64,000 bases of DNA from Lama guanicoe (taxonomy: Eukaryota), in contig MU053810.1 in the NCBI GenBank assembly GCA_013239625.1, positions 5,924,122-5,988,121 on the forward strand. Reading direction: 5' to 3'. Numbering within the stretch: the stretch's first letter is position 1; each line of letters opens with the position of its first letter. Positions 39,051-52,249 of the stretch are shown piece by piece. The position numbers were made by a program, and so were the translations under genes. The notes below the pieces were generated by a model. The model was not told the DNA's origin and ran no database searches. It was given only the letters and a program-made list of their open reading frames with translations.

Positions 39051-39279
39051 TTCAGATTGTATGAATGAGTGCTATAAGTTACAAAACTTAACAACAGAAA
39101 ATTTGAAATATGTTTTATGATAAATAACTGGCTAAATAATTATGATGTACAGATACAATGGGATTATTGATAGATACCCTTAAATATTTTATTGTAGAAA
39201 ATATTAAAAAATGGCATGAGAAAAGCTTCATAATCTACTATAAAGTAAGAATAAAACAGCAGTTGAAAACAGCACATCC

Positions 39280-39430
39280 GGGGGGAGGGTATAGCTCAGT
39301 GGTAAAGTGCATGCCTAGTATGCAAGAGGTTCTGGGCTCAATCCCCAGTACTTTCACTAAAAAATTAAATAAAAAAACCTAATTACCTCCCCCACTAAAA
39401 AAAAAAAAAACAAAAAAAAAAAATAAAACT
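39280..39430 (+). mobile_element. tRNA-derived SINE
   Basis: Full head and long A tail; TSD aaaacagca(c/t)atcc at 39266 and 39431. Confidence 0.88.
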
Positions 39431-41792
39431 AAAACAGCATATCCAGCACAATCCATTTTTGCAAAATAAGTACTTACATACATAAAAAGCAGAGTAGAAG
39501 AAAACACATCAAAATGTTAAAAGATGATGTTCGCTAAATCATAGGCATACAGATTACTTCTATTTTCTTTTCTGCTTCTTTGTATTTTTAAAACATTTAC
39601 ATTTGGTATGTATTACTTTTACTCCAAAGTGTATTATAATGGTAAAAATTAAAACTGTAAAAAGATATTTTTAAAACTTCATAGATTGCATAATAAACTG
39701 ATAACATGTAGTAATCAAAAGCAGTAGTTTATAAACATTGTGAAAATTACCACACAGACAAGCTAAAAGCTGGTGTTTCAGGTTTGGCCCAGGGTGAATA
39801 ATTAAATCCAAAATTACAATGAGAATTATCTATACAAAATATGATCATTTAGGAGTATCCATTAGATACAGTGTTTCAATGATATAGTCCTTCTTTATAT
39901 AGCAGTAGGGGAAAAATATGAAGAAACTATAGTTAAAAATAGCTACCTATTTAAATAACACAAATCTAAATTTAAAACATCAAAAGCACCATAATGACTT
40001 CAGTAAGTCAATCAACTAAGATTGAAGTTTATTGGTTAAAGTGAATAATATATGCATTAGGTTATAGCAAAACCTAGCAATATACCTTGAATATATGCCA
40101 CTGGATAAAGAAAAATCTCTGTCCTCAAGTTGCTCACACATAATATATTTTATCTATATGTGTTAAAAATATTATATATAAAATCAGATTTTTAAAGGCC
40201 AAGGGCATACCAAACACAGATGCTATAGGATTCTATAACCCTGAGCCATAAATAAAGATTAAGCAATAAGCAAAAAAATCAAAAATCAAAAAAACTATCA
40301 GATCTTACTCTTTGCAAAATAACCCAGGACAGATGACACAACTTAAAAAGTTTTACTATAAAAATATTTAAGAATTCATTATAATAGTAGTTCTGCTTCA
40401 ATTAGTATCAATTTAGTTTCAGGGGTAACAGTACAGTACTGAATATTGACCAACACAGGTGTCATTTGGCCATGTTACCTTAACTTTACAATACCTTCTT
40501 AAATGTTATATAAATACAAACTGTATTTATACTTACAGGAGTTTCCTAAAAAGTGATACATGACGTCAACAAAGATAGCACAGTAGAGACATCAAGTCTC
40601 CTGTTACCAATTTTCAAAAAAAATAGAAAAATGTGTGGTTTAGAAGTAAGGATGAAGGTACATCTTAAACAAAACTCTTTTAGAAGTATGCCTTCCTATA
40701 AACTCTCTTAATTAGGCATTCAAAAAATCAATAACTAAGTAAGTTCCTATACTAATTCTTTACATTTTGTTCATTCACTCTTCTTTTTTAATCCCTCTGA
40801 ACTTAATGAATTTTTGTTAATGGTACTGAACATTCATTACTTGGCTAAATGATAAATTAATGAAAATAGAGAACACAATATTAAATACTATAGTAATATA
40901 TTAGTGTTGTATTCAGTTAGTTTTACACTCTGGTACAATGGTAGTACTTAAAAGCACCATTAAAACTACACGTTTATACGAAAAATAATTCATATAATGC
41001 AGAAAGATATGACATGAAAAGCAAAAGTCTCCCTCTCCAAACCTCTCCACAGAAAACAATATTTGAATAATAGCCTCAAACTTCTCAACACTGGTCAAAG
41101 ACATAAAATTACAAATTCAGAAAGCTCTGTAAAATCCCAAACGGGATAAATATGAAGAAAACCATACCAAGACAGATCATAATCAAACTGCTGAAAACCA
41201 ACGATAAAGAGGAAAAATCTTGAAAGAAACCAGAGAATAGGTTAAATATAAAAGAACTCCAGTGACTTTTCACCCAAGTTGCAAAGGTCCAATACGAGCA
41301 TAAAAAAGAGAACACCTAGTGAACACTAGTACAGTTGAATGGGGTTTTTTTTCAAGTAGTAAATATGTATGCTTTTTTAAATAAGAAATTGTTTTACAAA
41401 CGAATATAATTGTTCTTTCCTTTCTCTCCTTTCATATCAAAAGTTTTTAAAAGACTTAAAAGTAGACTTTATGAGTATGCAACACCAGGCATCCCCATGC
41501 CAGATTTCTTTTAATATATCCAAATCCGCAGTCATTAAGTGACAAGACTTTTCTTTCCAACAATATACACTACTTAAAATCTGGATAATATATTTGTCTC
41601 TGGTTTGAAAGATCAGCAGGCAACTAATTCACAACCGATACCTCCCCTCCAATTCCATTCCTTTTCAACCCATAAAAGAAGTACGTTAAATAAGCAAGAT
41701 TAGAAGCAGAAAGGTTAAAGAAGGTGGATTAAGAAAACTGGGGCCTCAGGCCTCTGTAATAGGCTTCTTCAGCGGGGACCCAGCGCGCGTAC

Positions 41793-41970
41793 CATTTTTC
41801 GGCAAACTCTGGATCACCTTCACCGCTGCCTCAAATCTGGTTTCATGCACGGATCTCGTGTCCGCCATCTCCAGCCGCCAGCGCCGGCCCCGGTCCCAAG
41901 GTCTGTCGGGTGGAATCAGGCAGCAGCAGCAGCACCAGCTTTCCCAGGAGCCTGCATGAAACTGGAACAT
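41793..41970 (-). CDS. ACBD5: ACBD5 N-terminal coding exon (own ATG at 41970; internal acceptor at 41961; further ATG at 41868)
   Basis: MFQFHAGSWESWCCCCCLIPPDRPWDRGRRWRLEMADTRSVHETRFEAAVKVIQSLPKN|gtacgc; joined CDS from this ATG is 533 aa including the 33-nt exon. Confidence 0.95.
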
Positions 41971-42148
41971 GGAGCGCAGCCGCGGATCAACATGACCAAA
42001 GGGGAGGAGGACCTGGAGCGCAGCTGGTCAGTTCGCCGTTGCCCTGCCCTATCCAGGCCACACAGACCGAGATGGCCCGGTTCCTTCCTCCTCCCCGGGG
42101 CGTGACCAAGGCCGGGGAGCCGGGCCGCCAAGACAGAAAACAACTCAC

Positions 42149-42163
42149 CGAGAAGAAAAGCAT
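42149..42163 (-). CDS. ACBD5: ACBD5 alternative first coding exon (MLFFS)
   Basis: ATG CTT TTC TTC TCG|gtgagt, strong donor; splices in frame to cag|TTTCATGCA at 41961; resembles the human MLFLS-start isoform; total 535 aa. Confidence 0.85.
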
Positions 42164-43341
42164 CTCTAGAAGGCAGAGGGGCCCCGGCCACCGGCGGTCG
42201 CGGAGCCGCTCTCCCACCCGCCGGACCCTGGCGGAGCAACCACACCCCCCATCCCGACTAGGTCGGTCTGTCTGTCCGCGCCCTCCCCGCAGCCCCGCCC
42301 CAGAGCCTCCCGGGGACCCCCTCGCCGCCGCCGCCGCCGCACAGCAAACTCCACCCACCCGCCCCGCGGCCGCGGCGATGACGCGCTCTGGCTGTCTGTC
42401 CCCTGAGGAGGGCCGGAGAAGAGGGAAAAGAAGAGCAGGGAGAAGGATCGGCGGAGAGCCCCGGGCTCGCTGTCGGAACAGGCCGGACCGATGTGTCCGC
42501 GCCCGCGTAGCCGACGCAGGGTGGCAGCGCGCTTGGGAACAGTAGGGAAAAAAAAAAAAAAAGAGAGACTGTGGTCCCCAGCGCCTGCCATTTCTTAAGT
42601 TAAGGTTTGAGAAACGTGACAGGACTTAAGCAAAGAGCTTTAAATCCGGAGAGGCTTGGTGCGAACCTTAAGTTCTGCCATTTAAATTCTGTTGCTGTCC
42701 TCTCCAGTGGCAATCTTTATATCACCCTAGAGGGTAGATGAAAGGATTAGGGATGCTGGATGGAGGTGCTTAGCAGTGCTTGGCTAGCAGGTCTTCGACA
42801 GCGTTAGTCGCCCCGAGACAAGGACGTCCGGGCAACAACCCAAGGAGAGGGGAGGTCGCCCGCTACTTACACTGGGCTGGGGGAGGGAAAGTACCTTCCT
42901 CGGCACCACCCTCGACATCGAGCCCCAGGGAGCCGTGCACAGTATAGCGCCAGCCCGACCTAATGGGCGACAGGGCGTGGGGGAGGGGCGGACGAGGGAC
43001 CAGTAAGGATGGTCAACCCTAGGAATGGGTACCCTGGGCCTTCACCTTTCTAGCACCTCGCCCCGCGTCCTCGGGCATCTAGGAAGCGCCCCCAGGTCCA
43101 CCGCGGGGGCACAGCTATGGGTTCTGGGGGTGGAGTCCTGCAGCCCGGAAATCCCAGAGTCGCCATGTCGCTTTTGTCACTTCGGGATGGATTAGGAGGG
43201 TGACTAGTCCAAATCTAGGCGCAGACGCTAAATTACTCTTCCCTTGGAGCCGCAGTGCCGGCATTTACCTTGGTATTGCCGGGCAAGGCCTGTCCGGTAA
43301 GGTCCCCGACGCCCACCCCTCGCCCTGCCCCCGCGGACTTG

Positions 43342-43354
43342 TGGGAAATGTAGT
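43342..43354 (-). promoter_or_regulatory. ZNF143/THAP11-type motif ACTACATTTCCCA
   Basis: tgggaaatgtagt on + is the exact reverse complement of ACTACAnnTCCCA; ETS-like cttccgg at 43370-43376. Confidence 0.7.
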
Positions 43355-43949
43355 CCCCGCACCGCGGCGCTTCCGGACTCCGCCCTCGGGCGGCCCACGT
43401 TCCTCCCACCTGTTCCGGTTCGGTTTCTCCGTCCCGCAGACGCTGGAGGCGTAGCGACGGAAATCCCGCCTTCCCACTGGCTTGCACTTTGTGGTCCCTG
43501 AAAATATCGCGTCGGCTTCCAGCCAAGAGGGGCAGATCCTCCGTGGTGTCTTTCAGAGGTATCCTCGTGTGACTGGACTTGGATCGGAGAACTTGGGGTT
43601 TAATTTCTTGCTCCTGATTCTGACTCTGAGGTCGTGTGCTGTTATATTACCTCAGGTAGTAAAGACTACGGCTTACTGCGTGCCTGATACTTGCCAAGGG
43701 TATATGTATTCCAAAAACGCTGTAGGCTGTTTACGAAAGTGGAAATTAAGGCATGTTAAGTGATTTGCCCAAAGTCCAGTAGCACTAAGTGGGGGAGTAA
43801 GTAGCAGAGCCTGGAGTCAGTTAGTCAAAAACACTCTTGCTTAAAATCTTGAACTTTCTACAGGACACCGAAGTGTAAGAGACTAACAATTTTTTCTAAT
43901 TTATTCAAACCAGGGAGATTTTATGTGTTTAAAATCTACTGCTTCCTCT

Positions 43950-44117
43950 TTTTGTTTTTATTTATTTTTATTTTTAATATTTTTATTCATTATTTTATTT
44001 TGGTGGGAGTGGGGGAGGTAATTAGGTTTATTTATTTTTAGAGAGGGTACTGGAGACTGAACCCAGGACCTCGTGCCTGCTAAGCATGCACTACCACTTG
44101 AGCTATACCCTCCCCCC
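43950..44117 (-). mobile_element. tRNA-derived SINE
   Basis: gggggaggtaattaggttt...gaacccaggacctcgtgcctgctaagcatgcac...gagctataccctcccc. Confidence 0.85.
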
Positions 44118-45239
44118 TCCTCTACTCTTGTTTTGCCCTTTTATTAGAGACCCTTTTCAGTTCCAGTCAGTCTTGAATACTTACAAAATGACACGGGTAT
44201 TCGTCTCATGTCCAGGACTTCCTTTTGACAACTCTTCGTGAAGCTTATGCAGTAAGCCGATTTACAGTATACAAGTCTTTAGGAAATGATGAATGAGAAT
44301 TTTTCTGCCAGTGATTTCTGTTGTATTTCCGTTTGCTGGTAGTTTGGATTTCCAATCAAGGAGAACAGCATAAGGAGAGAGGGCATTGAGGTTATTCAGG
44401 TAAAGGTATTTAAAAAATAGTTTCTTCATGTAGCTGTGCTTGTGTAGGTGTGGTAACTCCTACTGAAATGTAATGATGAATATAATGGAATGAATCAGTT
44501 CCTAAGGTGCCTTCCCATTATGTAACCCTGTAGTTCTACCTAAAATATATATCATGGAACACTAATGTCTTTTAGTACTTTCAGTACAGTGCCTACTATG
44601 AAGCCTTTTCTGAAATTGAGATATATTGACATAAAACAATATATTATTAATTTCATGTGTATAACATAATAATTTGGTATTTGTATGGATTATAAAGTGA
44701 TCCCACAATAAGTAAAGCTTTCTTGATCATGTAGTTCTAGAGATGTTTTAATTTAGAATGGGCTCGCTTCTTACACATTACCATAGAAAAGGTAAAGTAG
44801 TATATTTAAGGGTTTTAAGAGATATAAAAGGAAAGAATATAAAAATTACTAAAAAAGGATTCCTTTAGATGCTCCTTCCTTTGCAAACATTGTAAAAGGC
44901 CTATTATGTCTCATGTATTGTAACTGAAGTTTCAGGGAACTCAGTCTAGTGTGATAAACAGACATGTAATATAATAATTACAACACAATGCAGAAATGTT
45001 AAAATGGAAAGATATAAAAAGGGCTGCATTATGTGTAGCAAAAGACCACTACAAAAGTGTTCATAACAGCACAATTTGCTAACAGCCCAGACCTGGAAGC
45101 AACTCAGTGAGCATTGACAGTGGAACAGTTATATATGGAGTACTGAAGAGCAATGAGAACAAAGGAACTACTGTTCAACATCTTCTATGAATTTCAAAGT
45201 CATAAGGAAAAAGAAACTAGACTCAGAACATATTGTGTC

Positions 45240-45845
45240 CAGAAGGAAACTTAATTTAAAAAGACGCATGCACCCCAATGTTCATAGCAACGCTATTTAC
45301 AATACAATAGCCAAGACATGGAAACAGCCGAAATGTCCATTGACAGATGACTGGATAAAGAAGTTGTGGTATATTTATATAAAGGAATACTCTTCAGTTA
45401 TAAAAAATGATAATATGGATGTCCCTGGAGAATGTCATTCTAAGGGAAGTAAGCCAGAAAAAGAAAGAAAAATACCATATGATATCACTTATATGCGGAA
45501 TCTAGGGAGGAAAAAAAAGGCAAACGAACTTATTTACAAAACAGAGACTCACAGGCATAGAAAACAAACTTATGGTTACCAGCAGGGGGAGAGGGTGGGA
45601 AGGGATAAATAGAGAGTTCGAGATTTGCAGATACTAACTAATATATATAAAATAGACAAACAACAAGTTTATACTGTATAGTACAGGGAACCATATTCAA
45701 TATCTTGAAGTAACTAATGGTGAAAAAAGAATATGAAAACGAATATATATATGTTCTGATATGACTGAAGTATTGTGCTGTACACCAGAAACTGACACAT
45801 TGTGAACTGACTATACATCAATAAAATATATTTTTAAAAAAAAAC
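45240..45845 (+). mobile_element. Young L1 3' end nested in an older L1 (~45040-46090)
   Basis: [24 protein letters not shown] in ORF 45187..45612; A tail; TSD aacatattgt. Confidence 0.9.
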
Positions 45846-46249
45846 ATATTGTATGATTCCATTTATGTAAAGTTCAAAAACAGGCAAAACCAGTGTATGT
45901 TCAAATTCAGGCTGGAAGTATAGTTTTTGGAAATGGGAAGAGGGAACTTTGGGGTTCTAGTATTGTTCAGTTTCTTGAATTAGGTGCTTGATACAGGAGT
46001 ATGTTCACTTTGTGTAACTATTGAAATGCATCACTAAGATTTGTTTATTTTTCTTTGTGTATGTTATACCTTGTTAAAACTGACATTAAATAAACAAGTG
46101 CCAAGGGAACAAGAAAGCCTGATTAAATCTATGTGACAGATGAGGAAGATGTCACAGAGGAAGTGACTTTTTAGCTGAGATGGTATTTACAAGCAGAGAA
46201 AATGGGAGAAAGCCATTATAGGTATAGGTATTAAAGCTAAAACAGGTGG

Positions 46250-46700
46250 TGATCATTTTGTAATGTGTTGAAATATTGGATCACTATGTTGTACATCAGG
46301 AACTAACATAGTGTTGCAGGTCAATTGTACTTAAAAAACAAACAAACTCATAGAAAAAAAGATCAGATTTGTGGTTTCCAGAGGTGGGGTGTAGGAGGAA
46401 GGGGAGTTAGATGAAGGTGGTCAAAAGATACAAATTTCCAGTTATAAGATAAATACTAGGGATGTAATGTGCAATACAATTAATATAACTAACACTGCTG
46501 TATGATATGTATGAAAGTTGTTAGGAGAGTAAGTCCTAGGAGTTCTTATCACAGGGAAAAAATACTTTTTTTCCTTTTTCTTTTATGTTCACTAAATTTA
46601 CTGAGATAAGTTTCATGGTGTATATAAATCATTATGCTGTACACCTTAAATTTACTACAGTGCTGTATGTCAATTATATCTCAATAAAACTGGAGGAAAA
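46250..46700 (+). mobile_element. Older L1 3' end fragment(s)
   Basis: gaaggtggtcaaaagatacaaatttccagttataagat...tgtcaattatatctcaataaaactgg; TSD-like aaagc(t/c)aaaaca. Confidence 0.75.
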
Positions 46701-47074
46701 AAAGCCAAAACATATGTGATAAGCAGCAAGTTTGTTCATGTAATGGGACCATAGATACGAGGGGAGGTGGGTCAGAGCACTGGATGAAAGGTCAAAGCTC
46801 TGGTTGAGGCTGACTTAAATGTCATATATGCCATGCAAAGGAGTTTGTACTTTGTCATAAATACACAAAGATTATTTTTGTTATCAGTTTGATGAGGAAA
46901 GCAGAACCACAATATTGATATGGTATAAGACATTAATTACAGAGATTAGAGTTTACATAATTGTGGGAGCTGATAAGGAGGCCTTGGAAGGCTATTGCCT
47001 GTTTCTGGACACTAAAATGGCAATAGGTCAGCATATCTTGTAGTCAGGAACTAGTGTGAAGAATGGAAGAGCCA

Positions 47075-47211
47075 GGGGGAGGGTATAGCTCAAGTGGTAG
47101 AGCATGAGCTTAGCATGCATGAGGTTCTGGGTTCAATCCCCAGTACCTCCTCTAAGAATCAAAATAAATAAATAAACCTAATTACCTCCCCCTCACCAAA
47201 AGAAAAAAAAA
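47075..47211 (+). mobile_element. tRNA-derived SINE
   Basis: Perfect 14-bp TSD aagaatggaagagc (47059-47072, 47212-47225). Confidence 0.9.
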
Positions 47212-49169
47212 AAGAATGGAAGAGCAAACTGAAACCCCTAACCACAAACTGGATCCTACATTATCCCTCAATGCTTCTCAACTCAATGATGAGCATAACC
47301 TTCAGAAGAAAACGGTACCAATCTCCGTGAAGCTGAACTCATGCGTGACCTAAGACTCAGATAAGCTGTGTGTCAAGCCGCTACTTTTTGCCTGGTATCC
47401 TGCTTCACTTCTACCTGCCAAAGTTCACATAAACTCATATGGCCAACCATAAATTAGAACAGAGAAGAGAATTCTGGGAGAAACAGTTCTAGCTTCTCTA
47501 AGATGATGACCCAATACAAATTCACCACAATCATTCTCATTATTACATTTAGAGTGGCCAAAGTTTATTCCAGAAATATATAGGAAGATAAATATTTTAA
47601 AAATCTAGCATAAAAAAGAAAGAAAGAAAAAAGCTGGGAAGGAAAAAAAAGAGAGAGAAAAAGAGAAAACAAAAAAACAACAAACCCAGTCAACCAGCAT
47701 CTTGATGTTGGGCTTCCCAGCCTCCAGAAATGTAAGAAATAAATTTCTGTTGCCTAAGCCACCCAGTCTATGGTATTTTGTTGTGGCAGACTGAGTGGCA
47801 AGGATACCAGCCACACTTCTGAAAGACAGTCAATATAATAAAAGAGGAAAAAGAAATGAGGCATAAATATAAGAAAAGGAGAAACAGAATTATCACTTTT
47901 AGATAGTAGAATTGTCTATCTAGAAAAATAGCATTGAATAAACTAAAATGCTACTAAAATGAATATGAGTTCAAGAAGATGAATAATGTAAGATAAATAT
48001 ACAAAATTTGTGCTTTTCTATTAGAATATTGGAATGCAAAAGTCAAGCCCAGATAGATTAAAGACAAATATAAAAAGCAAAACTACAAACTCTTAGAGGA
48101 TGACAGTCTTTGTTAATGCAACAAGACAAAAAATATGAATGAGATGCAAAAATCAGGAAAGAAAAAGTAAATATTTCATCATTTGTAGATGATATGAGGT
48201 CCACATGGAAGATTCAGGGGAAGCTACAATTATTACAGTGAAGAAAGAGTTCAGCAAGGTTGTTGAACATAACGTCAACCAATAGTGAACCCTTAAACCA
48301 ACTGTAATTAGAAAATGTAATAGAAAAATCATTCACTATAGCAATGAATTCCAAAGTGTTAGGAACAAAAAAATGTAGTATCTTTACAGAGAAAAATTGT
48401 GAAATTTATCACTGGGCATGAAAGACCTCAATAAATGGATATATGATAGTTATATCCAAAACTGTAAAGATAAATTTTGTCAAATTAATCCATAAATACA
48501 CTATAACTCCAAATATAATCCCTACAGGACTCTGTGGAACTTTATAAACTGACTCTAAAAACTCCACAGGAAGGCCCAGAACAGGCAAGATGATTCCAAA
48601 AGGAACATGATAGAAGGTTGTCTTAATCAGGGTGGGCTACCTGCTGCAATCAACACCTGCAGTATCTCAGAGGCTTAACACAGTAAAGTTTCTCTCTCAC
48701 ACGTACCATAGTCCATTATTTGTCAGTGGAAGAAGAGCTGGAGGAGGGTAGACTCTGCTCCAGTTCGTCATCCAAGAATGCATGATCCATCTGTTTAGTA
48801 ACCCCATCATCCCCTAGGACCTCAGAGTCTCAGATCTACTACATCTAGCCAGAAGAGGTTAGAGAGAAGACAGAATCTCAGTAGGTTTTTAGGAGCCAGC
48901 TCTGGAAGTGGCATATACTGATCCCATTAACTTCAAGCAAGACTGGAAATTTTTAGTCCATCTGAAGTTCTAGAAAAAAAAGAAAACTGGGCTTAGTGAA
49001 CAGGTACCAGTCCCTACCACAAAGGATTGGCACTGCCAAACAGCAGACTTAAAAATCATTAGTAATTAATAAGAGTTTGATGTTGACTGAGGAAAAGCTA
49101 TATAGTTTAATGGGACAGAATCAAGAAACCATAGATAGATAGGAATTAAAAATTAATGGAGAAAGGATG

Positions 49170-49865
49170 GTTGGTAGGAATGTCAATTGGTACAGCCACT
49201 ATGGAGGTCAGTATGGAGGTTCCTTAAAAAACTTACCATATGAGCCAGCAATCCCACTCTTGGGCATATATCTGGAGAAAAATACAATTTGAAAAGACAC
49301 GTGCACCCCTAGTGTTTACAGCAGCACTATTTATAATAGCCAAGATATGGAAGTAACCTAAATGTCCATCAACAGATGACTGGATAAAGAAGTTGTGATA
49401 TATATATACAATGGAATACTACTCAGCCATAAAAAGGAGAAAATAATGCCATTTTCAGCAACATGGAAGGACCTGGAGATTGTCATTCTAAGTGAAATAA
49501 GCCAGAAAGAGAAAGAAAAATGCCACATGATATCACTTATTTGTGGAATCTTAAAAAAAGGACACAAATTAACTTATTTACAAAAGAGAAACAGACTCAC
49601 AGACACAGAGAACAAACTTACCAGAGAATAAAAGGGATGGGAAAGGATAAACTGGGAGTTCAAAATTTGCAGACACTAACTACTATATACAAAATAGATA
49701 AACAAAAAGTTTCTACTGTATAGCACAGGGAACTAGATTCAATATCTTTTAACTTATAATGAAAATGAAAATGCATGTATGCATGTATATGTATAACTGA
49801 AACATTAGGTTCGGCATCAGAAATTGACACAACATTGTAAACTAACTATACTTCAATTAAAAAAG
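49170..49865 (+). mobile_element. L1 3' end
   Basis: aattggtacagccactatgg...gcaatcccactcttgggcatatatc...ttgtaaactaactatacttcaattaaaaaa. Confidence 0.9.
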
Positions 49866-50188
49866 AGTACAAAAAATTTTTTTTCCTAGCTGTAGTGGAC
49901 ATCTGACACTATTGTTTTCCTTGATTATTTACTCTCTCTCTGGAAACTTCCCACGCCAATCTCAGGGTGATTCAAGTAACCATGCTTCTACTATTGAATA
50001 TGTCCCCATTGCCAAAGTCAATGATTGGAAAGATGAGCCAATTCAAATTGGACTTATCATATTTTCTTTTTGAGGAATGTGGATGTGGAACTGAGGAATT
50101 TCAAACCTGGGATGGGCTTCTTGAATGGTCAAACTTGGGAGCCAAATTTGCCATGCTCTCCACCATTTGGACAGGGTAGCAAAAGAAA

Positions 50189-51144
50189 GTTTATTGGGGT
50201 TCTTCTTGTTGGGGACCCTCTGTGCTTCCTGTATTTGGATATCTGTTTCCCTCTTTAGGTTTAGGAAGTTTTCAGTCACAATTTCTTCAAATACTTTTTC
50301 AATCCCCTTTTCTCTTTCTTCTCCTTCTGGAACCCCTATTATGCATACATTGGCATTCTGTTTATTATCGCATAGGTCCCTTATATTGCTTTCACTGGCT
50401 TTTTTTTTTTTTTAATGGAGGTACTGGGGATTGGACCCAGGACCTCTTGCATGCTAAGCACATGCTCTACCACTGAGCTATACCCTCCCCTTGCTTAGTT
50501 TTTACTTGCTTTACTGTCTGTTGATCTGATTGGGTGACTTCTGTCACCCTGTCTTCTAAGTCAATTATTTGTTCCTCTGCATTATCTAGTATGCTTTTGA
50601 CTGCCTTTAGCTCAGCTCTCATTTCAGCCATTGAATTTTCTGTTTTTAATTGGCTCCTCTTTATAGTTTCTACTTCCTTTTTTTTTCTTCTTTTTTTTAA
50701 TTTTTCTTTTGTTTTTAGGGAGATAATTAGGTTTATTTACTTATTTTAATGAAAATACTGGGGATTGAACCCAGGGCCTTGTGCATGCTAAGAATGTACT
50801 TTACTACTGAGCTATACCCACCCCCCCATTCCCTTTTTACAGTATTCTGCCTCTCTATTCATAGTCTCTCTTATGGTTACCAGGGAGGAAAGGGGAGGGA
50901 AGGTATAAATTGGGAGTTTAAGATCTGCAGATACTAACTACTATATATAAAATAGATAAACAGCAAGGTTATACTGCATAGCACAAGAAACCATATTCAA
51001 TATCTTATAGTAACTTATGGTAAAAAGAATATGAAAACAAATACATGTTGTTCCTATATGACTGAAGTATTGTGCCATACACCAGAAGTTGACACAACAT
51101 TGTAAACTGACTATATTTCAATTTAAAAAAAAATTTAAAAAGAA
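50189..51144. mobile_element. Rearranged L1 insertion: inverted ORF1 segment (-) joined to a 3'UTR end (+), with two nested SINEs (~50400-50490, ~50680-50827)
   Basis: Minus ORF MTENFLNLKRETDIQIQEAQRVPNKKNPNK is L1 ORF1p-like; sense 3' end from ~50868; TSD agg(g/a)tagcaaaagaaa at 50173-50188 and 51145-51160. Confidence 0.85.
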
Positions 51145-52249
51145 AGGATAGCAAAAGAAAACAACAAACAACAACAACAAAACTTTTGGCAAAGAATCAA
51201 GACACTAAATAGAAATACCAAGCTCTTGGTGACCTTCCAAATGATTATTACTAGTACTTGCTTAGGACTGATTGCATTTGTATTTTTGAGTTCTATGAGT
51301 AAGACTGAATTTTCATAATATAATTCTCTTTTTTTCTTTTTTCCTCCCCCACTTTTTTTTCTTTCTTATGCTATCTGGAATTCTTTTCTGTAACTTCCAC
51401 TAAAGAAACACTAACTTTATATGGATTATCTTTTGTCTTTAGACTTTTAAATGTCATTTTGTTTGACTGCACTAGTCAGGAAAAGATAAATTGCTCTAGA
51501 TATTTCCAACAGCAAGGGCTTTATAAAACCACTGGAAGGGTTGAAGGGACAAAGTTCAGGGAAGGGCCATTACTAGCACCCAGTCCACCAGTAGGTTCAA
51601 AGAATGAGACCTTTGTTATTGCCGGCAAGGTCAATTGCTGCCTGCAACATCCTACTGAAGTCTGGAGAGGGAGGTGGAGGAGGATGTGTTGATTCATCAG
51701 CTTCCGAAATTAACAAGTGATTAATTCATTCAAATCATGCTGGAAATATTTCAGCTTCTGGAAAAAGAAGAAAACCCAACATGAATTTCACTTAAAGGGT
51801 ATATTTTTTCCCCAAGCTCCCCAGGCACATTTTATTTTTTGCCATTGCTAATTTTCAATTATTTCATGATAACAGCTTGCCCCACACTAAAATAACACTG
51901 ACATTCTGTAGTGGCTTGGCTTAACGTGTCCAAGAAAGATCTTTCTGTGTTTAAAGAATCAGGCCTACCTGAAAACTAGCCTGTGGGTTTGGCCTGCTAC
52001 AAATATCCTGACTCTGCATAAAAGGACACCTACCATCAACTATAGTAAAATTTGAAGGAGGGTTCACAATTCATTTCATCCTCTGAAATCTTCTTATCTT
52101 GTGTGGGTCTTCCTAACTTTTTGGAATGTCCTCTCAACCTTCCTTTCCTTTCTGGGGATTCTGGGCATTCCGGGTGGTATTGTTAATTTGAAAGGAAAGG
52201 AGAGGTAATAATTGAAGTCTGTCGAATCCTAGAATGTCACTTAACTCCC

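Larger units (their letters stand above)
41750..43520. promoter_or_regulatory. CpG island / promoter region of ACBD5
   Basis: Dense CpG and high GC against an AT-rich background; GC boxes (ggggcgg ~42985, ccgccc ~43380); (GCC)n run at 42324-42340; overlaps the first exons. Confidence 0.9.

Noticed and set aside
41845..43526. Long ORFs (up to 211 aa) on both strands of the promoter island
   Set aside because: Expected artefact of CpG-island composition; only the ACBD5 N-terminal frames match a known protein
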